Assembly (NCBI GenBank): GCA_013265495.1
Contig: MU058687.1
Location: 3,040,001-3,104,000, forward strand
DNA length: 64,000 nt
DNA from: Vicugna vicugna
Lineage: Eukaryota
Direction of reading: 5' to 3'
The position numbers and the translations under genes are program-made. Position 1 is the stretch's first letter; every line of letters starts with the position of its first letter. Below the pieces are notes generated by a model, which did not search any database, had not been told where the DNA came from, and was given only the letters and a program-made list of their open reading frames with translations. Positions 43,701-56,153 of this stretch are shown in pieces.

Positions 43701-46700
43701 ATAAATGGCACTCTCAAACACAACTGGTAGAAATGTAAGCATCACGTTTTTGATGAGTGATTTTGGGACTACCTATCAAACATACTATATATATATATAT
43801 TAAACCTCTGACCCAGAAATTCTACTGGTACAAGTGTGCAAAGTTTAAATACAAAAATGTTCAAAGCAGCCCTGTATGCAAAATGTGGGGCAGGGGGAAC
43901 CACACTGCCATCAAGAGGAAATAAGCATGAATACATGTAGTTAAATAAATGTATCCAAGGGATGCCCACATAGTGCTCATAATTGATGCTGACATGATTA
44001 TACTAACATAGAACGGTATCCATGACATAGTAAGCACATACAGTCCCCATGTTTCTAAAATGCATATATAGATATAGGTAAGCATACACATTATGACAAT
44101 ATAAATATACGTTTGTAAATGCATAGGTAAAAAGACAAAAATACAAAAACCATCAAAGGTAAAGTCTAGGAAATGGGATTTGGAGGGCAAAGGCAGGTTC
44201 TCACTTTTCCATTACTAGACTTTTTGTATAAGAAAGTATTGTTTTTATAAATTTTAAAGATAACATGAAAGGACAAAGATAAAAACCATCTGCTGAGACA
44301 ACAGTGTGGGAGAAGTTAGACTGGCCAGCTCTCTGATACCTTACCTTTTCTGAGACAGGTTCTCAGCATAGGCTTTGCTGACAAAATCTTGTACTTGAAA
44401 TTTTCGGCAAGATGCTCCGTCTTTCCCACAGGTCTCAAAGTGCACGGAGACGAACAGTTCATTTAGAAGCTGCAGCACTTGTGAGTGGGACATGTCCTTT
44501 CTTGTGCAGGTGTTTATGGCTGCGTAGAACACTCCTTCCAACCACTTGACATTGAGGATTATTCCCCCTAAATGTCAATGAGAAAGGAAATACCAGTTAG
44601 CACCACCAAAAAGGTTTGCAGGGAACCTAGCACAGCCACCTTTTTTCCAAGAGAGCTTGGTTTTATGAACCTCAAGCAAACCCTCCTTCCCAGGCCAAGA
44701 GCCCTGTTTGTGCCCTTCATAACATATGTTGACTCTATCACAGGTGGACAGATAGGCTAATGTAGACATTGCTAATGACAAATGCATCTCTAGAAATCTC
44801 TAGAATGGTCCTTGCCAATAAGGAAAACTGCAAGATCACAGCAAGGAAAAGCCAGTTAGTCCCAGATGCTACATCCTCCTGTTTAAATAGGCTCTCCCAT
44901 CTGGTTGTTTCCAACTCACTCTAAAGGGTCTGATTAATCACACTTCTTAGCTTTCCCTAATAAAGGCTACTTTTTTGCCACCAAAGCTGTTCCCATACAA
45001 AACTTAAATAGTTGAGAATGTATCTAGCTTGTAGTTATGAATACACACACACACACAGGGATTTAATAAAATAGCAAGAGGATGAGAGGAAGTTGTCAAG
45101 TGTCAATAATATGGTGAGCCAATACCAGCAGGACTGTAGGGGCAGGTAGCCTGAAGAATCACAGGATCTTGGAGAGCAGCTGTGATTTCCTTATTGGCCC
45201 CCCAGATATTGTCAAGATCTTCAACACACTGATACTGAGGCCGCAAGATATTGGTGTGGTTCAGTAGGTGTTTCAACCTGAAAGTAAAGCCACCAAGACA
45301 GGGAGTACAGAGCCAGGACTGGAGTAAACCACTACGTGATCCACTGAGTCCACATCCAGGCCCAACAACCTAGTCCCCTGCACAGCACTGCTCAAAGGCA
45401 AATGCAGGTGTGGGTCAGTGCTGGGGCACCACTTCTTAGCTGGATTGTTCATCTGTCCACCTCACAAATACTTATGGACTGTAATCACGTGCCAAGCACT
45501 GGCTTAGACAATAGGGGTACATAAATAATATTTGACACATGCTCTCAATCACTTTTCATGCTGTTTCATACTGCTTATTGACTGGTGGTCTCCCTTCTCA
45601 CTGATGTACAGGGGCCCACTAGTCAGCTTCAAGTAGTTGGAAGCAATGCTCTATTGCAGTTCTAAACATGTGCACATCCAAAAAAAAGTCCCACCCACCA
45701 GTTCGGTTGCTTTTGGAGAAGTGGGGAAGACACAATTACAAAGGCTGGCTGGATCCTTCTGCCGATGAAGCTACTTCCACCTCTGACTGGGAATGACCTA
45801 CTCCAAGAGGTAGGGGCCAGATGGAGATGAGGAGACAGAGCAGTTCTGCCAGTCCTGTGCTCACCCTAACAAGATACCTGGGTATTGGGATGGCAGCTAC
45901 AAAGCTGTACACAATGCAGGCCTTTTCAAGGCTGGTTTGAATTTCTACACAGATGTTAGGCAGCTGAGACGGCAGGCAGCAGAGGAATATCACGTTGGCC
46001 CACTGCACCAGGGAAGAGTTACGGTAAAAGCACTGGATTCCCAGTTTCTTGAACTCACCTGGGAGGGATGAAGGAAGTCAGAAAGATCACAGTACAAAGG
46101 AGTTTGACTTCAGCATCAACTGGGAGAAGATGACAATTACTTTATCTCAAATCTCATCACCATATAAATCAGAAGAGATTCCCTCATTCAATGCCCTAAC
46201 CCCATGACCACGGCAGCTGGTGCCACTGCAGCAGTGCTTGAGACTGTAAGATAACTCATCCCTGTCTTATGTTTAGACTGAATGCTAGAATTTTTCAGAT
46301 TTTTTTTTGGAAGAAAAAAGTCTGAATAAAGCCTTCTGCTTCAATTTACTGAATTTATCATGTACCAGCTAATGTACAAAGTACTTTACATACATTATCT
46401 AGGGAATCCTCACAAGGACCTTATGAGGCAGAGGCTACTATTTTTCCATATTATAGATGAGGAAACTGAGGCTTCAAGAATTATGTGACTGGGCCAAAGT
46501 CAAACAGCTTAACTGGCTTGAAGTGGTGGGAAAGACTGAATGAGTGCAAGAGTATAGGGCAGAGGCTGGGATGAATTTGGAAAAATATGCTTACAGTTTC
46601 AGTAAAGTATACACAATTTAACGTTAACAAGCTATTTATAAATATAGAGAGAAATGTGATCACTCATGTAGTTGCACAAAAACAATCCTTGGTAGTTAAT

Positions 46701-49078
46701 TATTTGATTTGTACTTATTGTGATCTGGATTCTGGAAAGTAAAAGTATAAGCTACATATGGTAATGTGTTTTAAGTGTTATTGGAAAACAGAATATTATG
46801 CATTGGGAGAGGTCAGTTCTTATCATCACCACCACGAGTACATGACACATTTGATGCTGAGGTTGTCTGGGTACTCAACTACTTCCAGGCAGGAAAATGC
46901 ACAGGCCAAAGAGGAAATTCAGAAAACACATACACTCACTCTTCTTCCATGTGTAATTTTCAAAAGTGCATAGAAACTGATGCTGAGCATTTTGAATTCT
47001 TGCTTTCTTATACAGCATGCAGTGATATTCTATAACTGTAATTTTATTAATAAACATATTGCTTCCCAAAGAATATATGTACTTTATTGAAATATCATAT
47101 TTACTGGTCCTATAGATGAGATTTAAGAAACTGCCTTGAGTGGTAAGATTTTTTTAGTTTCCTTAATATAGAAAGAACATTTATAAATCAATAAGAAAAA
47201 AAATATAGGCACTCCAACAGGAAAATTGGACAAAAAAGAACTCAAAAATGATGAAATAGTAATAAGCCTATAAAAATATTTAACTCTTCTAATGATTAAT
47301 GAAAGACATATTAAGACAAGAAAAATTTTAAAGGCATATTAAAGTGGCAATCTAAAAATAAGATTCTCAGAATTAACAAGCATGTTGTAAAGTGGGTATT
47401 CTTATACAGGGCTGATAAAAGTTTATACCTGAACATCTTTTGGAGGTCAATTTGAAAAAATATATCAGAAGTTTCTTTAAGAATTAAGTATACCTACTAT
47501 ATGACCCAGCCATCCCACTCCCAAGTGTTTACCAAAGAAAAATTAAAGTATTTCTTCTTGGCAATATTTGTTCATAAATGTTCGTAGCAGCTTTATTTGT
47601 AATAGCCCCAAACTGGAAATAACTTACATATCTATCAACAGATGAGCTACAGAATATCCATGCAGTGAAACACTACTCAGAAATAAAAAGGGTATCAATA
47701 CATGAAGCAGCATGGATATATCTCAAAATAATTATGCAGGTGAAAGAAGATCAAAAAAAAAAGTACAAATGGTATGAGTTCATTAAATATAAAATTCTAT
47801 AAAATGCAAGCAAAACAGTAGTGAGAGAGATCAGATTATTGGTTTCCTGAGTTGGGGGCTGTGCAGAGGTAGAGAGATAAGAATTAAAAGGAACCTTTTT
47901 GGGGTGATGGATGTGTTCATTCTTGATTGTGCTGACGGTTTCACAGGAGGATACATGTGTCAAAACATCAAATTGTATACTTTTTAAATGCGTAGTTGAC
48001 TGTATACAAAGCATATCTTAATAAAGCTGTACCTGTTCTCTGACCTAGTAATTTTGTTTTTTAAATTATGTCTGAAGATGTCCTACTAAATAAGGCACAG
48101 TTACATAAATTATCATAAAGTCATACTTAGGAATACTACACAAACTTAAAATCATGATTTTGAAGAATGTTAAGTAATATGAGAAAATGCTCATGATACA
48201 TTAAGTGAAAAAAGGAGGATACAAAAACTTTGTATACTATCAATTACTGATATAATCTGTTATAATCAGAGAAAAAAATGGGAAGGAAATTATAATCTTG
48301 GTAAGAGGCTTATAGGTAGTTATTTACTTCCCTATAATTTTCTAAACTTTCTATAATATGCATGTATTACTTTACACTTTGAAATTATTGAAGTATAATT
48401 TACATACAGTGCAACACATAGATCTGAAGTAAATAGTTTGATCATTTTTGACAAATCCATATACACATGTAACTCAAATCTCTCCCAAGATATAGAATAT
48501 TTCCATCTTTCCAGGAAGTTCCTTCAGGCCTCTTTTCAATATCCCCTGAAGCAACCACTGCCCTGATTTCTTGTTTTGTTTTGTTTTGTTTTAATTTTTT
48601 AAAATTTTTTATTGAAGTGTAACTGATTTACAGTGTTAGTTTTAGGTGTACAGCAAGGTGATTCAGTTATACATATACATATACATATATATATACACAT
48701 ATATTTTCAAATTCTTTTCCATTATAGCTTGTTACAAGAAATTGAATATAGTTCCCTGTGCTATACCGTAGGTCCTTGCTGTCTATCTGTTTTATATATA
48801 GTAGTGTGTATCTGTTAATCCCAATCTCTTATCCCTCCGCACCTCTTCCCCTTTGGTAACCATAGTTTGCTTTCTAGTCTATGAATCTATTTCTGGTTTG
48901 TAAATAAAATTTGTATATTTTTTTAGATTCCACATATAAGTGATATCATATGATATCTGTCTTTCTCTGTCTGACTTACTTCACTTAAAATGATAATCTC
49001 TAGGTCCATCTATGTTGCTGCAAATGGTATTATTTCATTCTTTTTTATGGCTGAGTAATATTCCATTGTGTATGTATG

Positions 49079-49133
<55 letters not shown>

Positions 49134-51813
49134 ACACACACACCCCGCATTGTCTTTATCCAGTCATCTGTCAATGGACATTTAGGTTGTTCCCACATCT
49201 TGGCTATTGTAAATAGTGCTGCTATGAAGATTGGGGTGCATGTGTCTTTTTGAATTATAGTTTTCTTCAGATATATGCCCAGGAGTGGGAGTGCTGGATC
49301 ATATGGTAAGTCTGTTTTTAGTTTTTTAAGGAACCTCCATACTGTCCTCCATAGTGGCTGCACCAACTTACATTACGACCAACACCACTGTTCTGATTTC
49401 TATCACCATAGATTAGCAAATGGAATCATTACAAAACATTTTTAAAGTTTTTTAGTAAATGTTATTTTTTAAAAAATAAGGCCAAGTGTTTGGAAATGGT
49501 AAACACCCACCAGACTCTAACTGGTCCAATTAGAAGATTTGAACTCTGTTTGGAAAGATTCTCTGTATCAAAGAGCCAGAAAGATATCTGGCCATCAAGG
49601 GCACAGGAAAGAGAGATGGATATAAAACATTAAAGTGGAGAAGAAAATTGCTTTAAGGAACAAGTTAAAAAAGCACCTCTCTGCCTTTTCTCAAGGCTAG
49701 CAAACTGAGGACTCAGCATGCTGCATGAGAGGATTCCTCTTTTGAAGGACCCTTTCAGAACAGCCTCATCACCGCCTAAAGAACACACCCAAGCCCCCTC
49801 TCTACCACTCAGTGCTCCTCACCCAGGGCCTCTGGCCTCCGTGTGGAGATCCGCAGGCTCTCTGCAGGGATGGGGACAAGCTGAAGCAGTGTATGAGCCA
49901 GCTGCTTCCCCAGATGGCCGCCTCCAATGATGCCCACTTTTAACTCATCATCATCAGGAATGTCTTCTGAAATTTTCTTCTCCTGTGATGATTTTTTGGA
50001 GAATGACTCTCTGGAGAATGACACAGAAACATACATAAATACATACACACCGTGCAGCCCTTCTTGACTGTCAAACTTTGATGTTCTGTACTTTAACTTC
50101 CTCAAATGCAGCCTGCCATGACACCCTAAGTACTTCAGAGAGAAGCATTCCAGTTATGTCCCATGGATCTAGCATCACTAGGGAATGAAATCTTCCTCCT
50201 GAGTGAATTTTCCAGGAAGTAAAGCATACCTCTTCAAAGGATCAAACTTGTTTAAAACATTCTTAAATAAACATTTTTGGGTGACGTAAACTGTGTATTT
50301 CTCTGCCTTTTAAACACAAGGTCTGAATATTTAACTATTTCTTTGGCTCAGGACCATCACTGTGAGCTGCCTGTTACACTTTATCCTTTATTGTTTTCCT
50401 GTGCAGACAGCTGTCAGTTTCCATCTCCATCAGGACCAGTGCACCCCTCTCCTACCATAACACCTCCTCTTTCTAGTTTGCAATTTCAGGTCTGCACAAA
50501 CCCAGAAAACCAAGTAACTTAGCCTTTTTCAAACATAATGATTTATAAAAGTAAATGGTTTATAAGGGAAAACAGACTTAAGAAACTGAGGATCAAGAGT
50601 TTGAGGCCACTCTTTCCAGAGGGTCACTTATTGTTGGTTCTGGATGTGTTTCAGTGGCCCAAGATGAACAAAGTTGGACCTCCGAATACATAAGGCATTG
50701 TTTTATATTGTTACATGACAATCCTATATTTGTTCTCTATTTCTGTGAAAAATGGAGTCTTAAAAGTTCTGGAGTTTCCACATAAGCATCGCAAGCCACA
50801 TTCTATTTAAGGTGTCTTCTTGGTTAGAAGGAGAACATTTTCTCTCTGTGCCTGATCCTTCCAAATAGAAAATGCCTCCTGGAAGTTTCACGTATCAGTT
50901 TCTCATCTCTTGTCTTGGATGCTGCCAATAGATTTATGTGTCCTTATCAACCAGCCAGTCAGCCAACTCCTTGGATATGTGCTGTGTCTCTAGCGTGTTC
51001 AATTCAGAGCTGGTCCCATTGTCTAGGAATTCATCTAATTTCAGAGAAAAGTAAACTGAGAAGTAAACTGAGGGGTGAGGGTGGGAGTGGGGAACAAATG
51101 TTCCACTGGTGACCTAGAGTTACAGAATCTAGGTGCTTAGTCCTAGGTACTTGGCTCTCATACACCTCCTATTTAAGCATCAGAAAAACATCTTTGCAAA
51201 TCAGTATTCCTGTTTTCAGGCAAGTCATCTGGCCATAGGGACCCAAAGTCCCAGGAGGCTTTTTTATGGGAAGCATTCCACTGTTATCTCAGCCCCTAAC
51301 GGGAAAACCAACCCCATTTTCAGCAAACAGCCATGGAATGGTTAGTCCTTAGTAGCTGTGGAAGACAAGGTGGTCATCCCGATGAGGGAGTGAATGAACA
51401 GATGAATGAATGAATGAATGAATGAGTGATTTCATCAGTCTACTCACTGATTGGAAAGGAAATCACTGCTAATCCATGCTTTATTACATAACCGCAGCCA
51501 AGGGACCTGGGTATGCATTTCCCTGATGCTTTCAGACCAGGAGTACTTGGAAGACACTCCCCTGCCAAAGTTATTCTCCAAAATAAAAAGTTTAAGTCAT
51601 TTAGATTCTCTGCAGTGAGATTCTTCTCCATCTGCCTGACCTTGGCAACATAGTTTACCTCAAATTACGAAGTAGCTTGCAGAAGAAAGTTGCATGGGCA
51701 CAGGCCTTGATCATTAGCCCATGAGAACGGCCCAGCAAATACAGCCAGCTACGGTCTTCCTCTTGTATCCCATACTCAAACTGCAGGGACTTAAGGTCCT
51801 CTAGCATGTCCAT
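39750..51813 (-). CDS. NOXRED1: NOXRED1, NADP-dependent oxidoreductase domain-containing protein 1, complete spliced CDS (359 aa)
   Basis: complement(join(39750..39930,44345..44567,45126..45277,45878..46058,49823..50010,51659..51813)) = 1080 nt, GT-AG introns; Rossmann motif [11 protein letters not shown] of the P5C-reductase-like fold. Confidence 0.95.
40455..41745 (+). mobile_element. L1 ORF2 and 3' region fragments
   Basis: Translations [23 protein letters not shown]...[19 protein letters not shown] match the L1 reverse transcriptase (FADD-like motif). Confidence 0.85.
40696..40776. repeat. (TA)n microsatellite inside L1
   Basis: Direct reading. Confidence 0.95.
41860..42525 (+). mobile_element. 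Younger L1 3' end
   Basis: [17 protein letters not shown]2 C-terminus, tggaatattactcagccataaaaaagaatgaaat, ends ctatacttcaataa; aaaaatagac on both flanks. Confidence 0.85.
43030..43510 (-). mobile_element. L2 fragment
   Basis: Degenerate purine-rich L2-like sequence (tttcatggaaaccaagagaag...tcaagaagga). Confidence 0.5.
44345..44567 (-). CDS. NOXRED1: NOXRED1 coding exon 5
   Basis: catttag|[20 protein letters not shown]...[11 protein letters not shown]|gtaagg; 223 nt. Confidence 0.92.
45126..45277 (-). CDS. NOXRED1: NOXRED1 coding exon 4
   Basis: ctttcag|[50 protein letters not shown]|gtattg; 152 nt. Confidence 0.92.
45878..46058 (-). CDS. NOXRED1: NOXRED1 coding exon 3
   Basis: ctcccag|[39 protein letters not shown]...AAIPIP|gtatct; 181 nt. 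Confidence 0.92.
46350..46520. mobile_element. MIR fragment
   Basis: atcctcacaag...tatagatgaggaaactgaggc...gccaaagtca. Confidence 0.65.
47150..48030 (+). mobile_element. Old L1 3' fragments
   Basis: tatgacccagccatcccactcc...gcagctttatttgtaatagccccaaactggaaa...aataaagctg. Confidence 0.7.
48572..49383 (-). mobile_element. L1 3' end with internal (TATATG)n, nested in an older L1 fragment
   Basis: [31 protein letters not shown] = L1 ORF2 C-terminus; TSD accactgNNctgatttct at 48554-48571 and 49384-49401. Confidence 0.88.
49823..50010 (-). CDS. NOXRED1: NOXRED1 coding exon 2
   Basis: ttctccag|ESFSKK...[41 protein letters not shown]|gtgagg; 188 nt. Confidence 0.9.
51659..51813 (-). CDS. NOXRED1: NOXRED1 coding exon 1
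   Basis: [51 protein letters not shown]|gtaaac; 155 nt. Confidence 0.92.
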
Positions 51814-52814
51814 TTCCAAGCCAGCATCTCCTGCAGAAACAGATACCAGTTAATTCGGCTCCCTGTCTTGGAAGAGGAAAGAGTCTATCAGGAGGGTGTG
51901 TGCGCCCAAGTCCTAGGCTCTCCTGATGGTGGCTTCAGCATCTCTGTCCTCCCAGTTCTGAACCCATCCACTTCTCTGAGTGTGAGTCCTGGAGGATTCC
52001 TAAGCACTGATTCCCCATGAATCAGAAATACTAGATTCATGAGAAATCTGTACAAAATCCAAAGTAACCTTCCTCCACATAGGCTCCAGACGCTTTTCTC
52101 AGCAGGTGCACTTACAGTAGTAATGGGTTTCACAGGTGCTCTTGTGCCAGGACCTTCTCCCTTTCATTCTCCCCAAGGTTTTAGAAATAGGACTGAGTAT
52201 TTATACCACATTTCACAGAAATGCTCCCCTTTCACTAAACTCTGTGTTCCCCAGAGGGTAGAAAAGAACCCAAACTAAATATCACAGTCCCCTGTCTAGA
52301 GCAGGGATACCTAGATTTTAGAAAATGAAGCCAGAGATGTATAAGCCCTTCTCTGTCTCTCTGTCTCTCTGTCTCTCTCTCCCCTCCCATCCCCCCTCTA
52401 TATATGTATCTCACTAATCAAACTGAGAAGATGGCTCTGCTCCTCAGTACTTCCAGTCCTGGAGGGTAAGAGCTACATTTCCAGAGAAAATTACCCAAGA
52501 AACTTGTCATTATGACTCCTTAACTACCAGATTACTTCAGTCTTTGAGTCTTAAAGGGGCCAGCCCTACCTAGAGGTTTTCTGGACCTGCAACATGAAGG
52601 CGTGAATTCCTTCTCTACTTCTTAGAGTACTATACCAGGGCAGTATGGGATCCTCCTTTTCCCAACAGAAGGTTCTGGACTTCTAGTTGTTTTTTTTTTT
52701 TTGCAGACTACACTATCATACAGATCTTAGCACTGCTCAAGGAGTTATTTTTCAAGCCCTTTCTTGTGTTCAAGAAGTCAATGAATAAATAATAATAAAG
52801 TAATAAAATAATAC

Positions 52815-53063
52815 ATAAATTCCAGGGACCTAATGTACATCATAGTGACTATAGTTAATAATAACATATTATCTACTTGAAATTTGCTGAGAGTAGATCT
52901 TAAGTGTTCTTACCAAAAAAAAAACATAACTGTGAGGTGATGGAAATGTCAATTAACTTGACTGTGGTAATCATTTCACAATGTATATCAAATCATTATA
53001 TTGCACGACTTAAATATATATAATTTTTATTTGTCAATTATACCTCAATAAGGCTGGGAAAAA
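52815..53063 (+). mobile_element. L1MA-like 3' end
   Basis: gtgactatagttaataa...gagtagatcttaagtgttct...tacctcaataaggctgggaaaa. Confidence 0.75.
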
Positions 53064-53749
53064 TCAGTAATATTCAAATAATCTATTTTACAGCAATGGC
53101 AGAATTGAAATCATAATTCAAAACTACTCATCTCTATAATTTTCTTATTAAAATTTTACTGAGGTGAAATTTACAAAACAGCCATTCAAAAGCGAACAAT
53201 TCAGTACATTCAGTGTTGTACACCCACTAACTTTAGTTCCAAAACATTTTCATCCCCCACCAAAGGAAATTCTATACCCGTTAAACAGTTTCTCCCCATT
53301 TCCTCCCCACCCCCCTCAACCGCTGGCAACTACCAATGTTTCTTATCTCTATGGATTTTCCTTTTCTGGATATTTCACATGTACAGAATCATACAAAATA
53401 CAACCCTTTGTGTCTGGCTTCTCTAATCCCTTTCCTAGGAGGTCTGTTAGTTCACTCTTTCAATCTCTTTAAAAGCAAAGTCTCCTGAACTTGAAGTGAA
53501 GAGCATAGAAGTTCTCAAGCCTAAGAAACCCTTTCTTAGACCAAAACTGTGGGTAGGCCATCCTAATGTCACAAGTGAGGTTTCCTGATCCAAAAGAAAG
53601 AGAAGCTCAAAACCTCCCAGCTCAGCAAGACAACGCGGCGCAGGCTAACTTCGACAAACATGGATTCTAGACTCATCCTTTACTTACGCATTCTCAAAAA
53701 TGGGATCCGGTGGTTGTGGCTTTGTAACACGTCCAATTGGCTAGGCTGA

Positions 53750-54340
53750 ACTCCATTTACCAGCATTCTTTTCCCTGTGTTTCCAGTTAGGGTGTATGCT
53801 AAGAGGTTTCCATGCAGGATCACAGGTGAAGGTGCAGCAGCCACCAGTCTGTGTTTGTGTGCAAGGCTGGGGCAGGCGCTCTGTCTGGCTGTCTGTGGGC
53901 GGCTCTGTTGCTGTGGGCAGCAGTTGGGCCTGCAACTGTTTCACCTTCCCCCGGATCCTCCTGCAGCTTCTCACACTCGTGAGCCAGGGGTGTTCAGCTG
54001 TGTGACAAAGGCCACCAGTGAGCTCCCCCTGGAGGACACTCACTTCATCAGGTTGGAGGTTGTGAGAATGGGCAGGGGTTTAAGTCCATCCCTGTAGGTC
54101 TCCAGCTCATCCTTGCTCCCCCTCCCTCAGTTTTTTATCCATCTTCTCTTCCCCACTGCCTGTGCTACAGATTTCTCGCTCTACTAGACATGAAGACAAC
54201 CTTCCAGAGACTGCTTAACCAACTGCCATACTTGAGCAAGGTCAAAGCCTTCTAATGAATCCCATGTATAGATTAGATAGACAGATTGATGGACTATATA
54301 CTCCGAGTGGTCCTGCTTTTCTAAAGGAACCCTCATACAC
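53750..54340 (+). mobile_element. Old ERVL/MaLR-type LTR relic
   Basis: Ends ...aatcccatgtatagat...ggtcctgcttttctaaaggaaccctcataca, like MLT/ERVL LTR 3' ends. Confidence 0.45.
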
Positions 54341-54515
54341 TAGTCAAGTTACCATTTTTTATTTGAAGACCAGCCAATAACTTTAGCAAATTAAACTCCT
54401 GCTTCTTCAACAGCTAGACAGTTGATCAGGATAAGAACCGGGCATGAGGTTATCTGGAATTGCAAAGAAGACTGCAAAGTGGAGGAGCAAACGATGGAAT
54501 GCGATCCCCTTAAAG

Positions 54516-54730
54516 TAGGCTTTCTCAGCAGTGGCACTACTGACATTTTGGGCAGGATGATTCTTTGTTGTAGGGAGCTGTCTGTGCGCTGTAGGATATT
54601 TCGTAGCATCCCTGGCCTCTATCCACTAGATGCCAGTAGCTCCAACCAGTTGTGGCTACAAAACATGTCTCCAGACATTGACATGACTCCTAGGAGGGCA
54701 AAATTGCCCTCAGATGAGAGCGACACCACC
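54516..54730 (-). mobile_element. MER20 (near full length)
   Basis: ggcactactgacattttgggcagga...catccctggcctctatccactagatgccagtagc...gtctccagacattg...gggcaaaattgccc. Confidence 0.85.
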
Positions 54731-55135
54731 TCAAAGCCTGCTGCGTGCCTCTGTATGAGCAACTTCTTTTCCTCCCTCCACTTCACCTGCTCCACACAGT
54801 CATGGGACCATAGGATTCTATACACTCTGAGAATCATTCCCTCCTATTACAGATTAAGATGAGTCTGGAGAGAAGGGATCCAGCATCACACAGCTTGTCA
54901 GTGGTCGAGCTGCAACAAGAGGCTAGGTCTTTTGCCAGAGGCAGTGTTCCCTCCATTAACCATAGGGCCTTGCTTTGCCGTAAGCACTGTTACTCCATAA
55001 CCTTGAAGTGTTGACAGGCTGCTGAATGCAGACACTGAGGCAGATCTGTACTGGTCCCAAGAGACAGGGCAATTATTTCACTGTTCTGCACAAAACAACT
55101 GGGAGGGAAAGAGAAGGCACCAAGGAAGAAACAGC

Positions 55136-55141
55136 TTTATT
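55136..55141 (-). terminator. Candidate VIPAS39 polyadenylation signal AATAAA
   Basis: tttatt about 1 kb downstream of the stop. Confidence 0.6.
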
Positions 55142-56132
55142 AGGAGTCTAGGCATGTCTGGGAAACCCAGTTCAGTCACAAAGAAGAAAGGCTAATTTTG
55201 GTACAGGGCCGGAAACTGGCATTACAGAATATCCTCTCGAAAACCAACTGTGAAACTAAAACCTCCATCTTAATAGCCTTACAGAAATGCTGCTCAGTTT
55301 AGCCCTGGTGGAACTTCTGGAAGCTCCCAGTGAAATCATGAGATTTGTGCAGAAAGGGAGCACTCTCTCCAGCACTGCTGAATCAGAGCTCCATACAAGG
55401 TTAGGGGTCTGGGTGGGAGCAGCAGAGGAAAAGGTAAGGGGGATGTTCTCATCTCCCACACAAGGCTACCTTAGGGTGCAGGGAAAGAGGAACCACAGTT
55501 TCTGTACACAGGGTAGCCTGGGGCAGCAGAAGGACGCCAGATGAAGAAACACAATGTCTGGGCAATCTTTGTCATGACATGGAGAACTCCACACAGTCTG
55601 GTAGGGAGGGCACCTCACAGGTCCTGGCAACACTGGCAGCCCTTCCTGAGGCCCCCTGGGAGAGAGCCATGATGGTTCTGTTCTGACTTCCTTCAGAGCA
55701 GAAATGCTAGTGTCCAGCTCCAAGTCCAGGGTCATAATACACTGAGGGGAGCAGAGGGGCCACCCTAAGACACTGGTACCTCTCAGTCTAGGAGAATTCT
55801 CTTCTGGAGTAGTCACTTTCCTCAGACCAAGAGAGATCTTGCCCAATATGGGCCCAATCTAGAAATTATTCCCACCTTCACATGAGCACCAGGTGGAGAG
55901 AATCTTTCTCGCAAGGAAAAGCTTTAGATTCTGGCCCTTAGATGATGGCTCTTGGACAGAAGATCAGTCTGAAGCTGTTGGTGTCCAGGTGCTGGTTTCT
56001 GTCCCCAAAGTAGCAGATACCGCCTACTGATGTTGGGCCCAAGTGATGAGATGCTGTAACTCTCCCAAAGCAGAGCGCTCTCTACTTTCACAGGCAGGAA
56101 AGGAAGAAAGGTTTCAGAGTAGCTGATGCCAT

Positions 56133-56153
56133 TTAATTCTTCCATCGAATTTG
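56133..56153 (-). CDS. VIPAS39: VIPAS39 last coding exon
   Basis: tccacag|QIRWKN TAA. Confidence 0.9.
   Translation of the reverse strand, partial: QIRWKN

Noticed and set aside
40411..49366. ORFs with reverse-transcriptase-like or L1 ORF2 peptides
   Set aside because: Short disrupted L1 fragments, not active elements or host genes.
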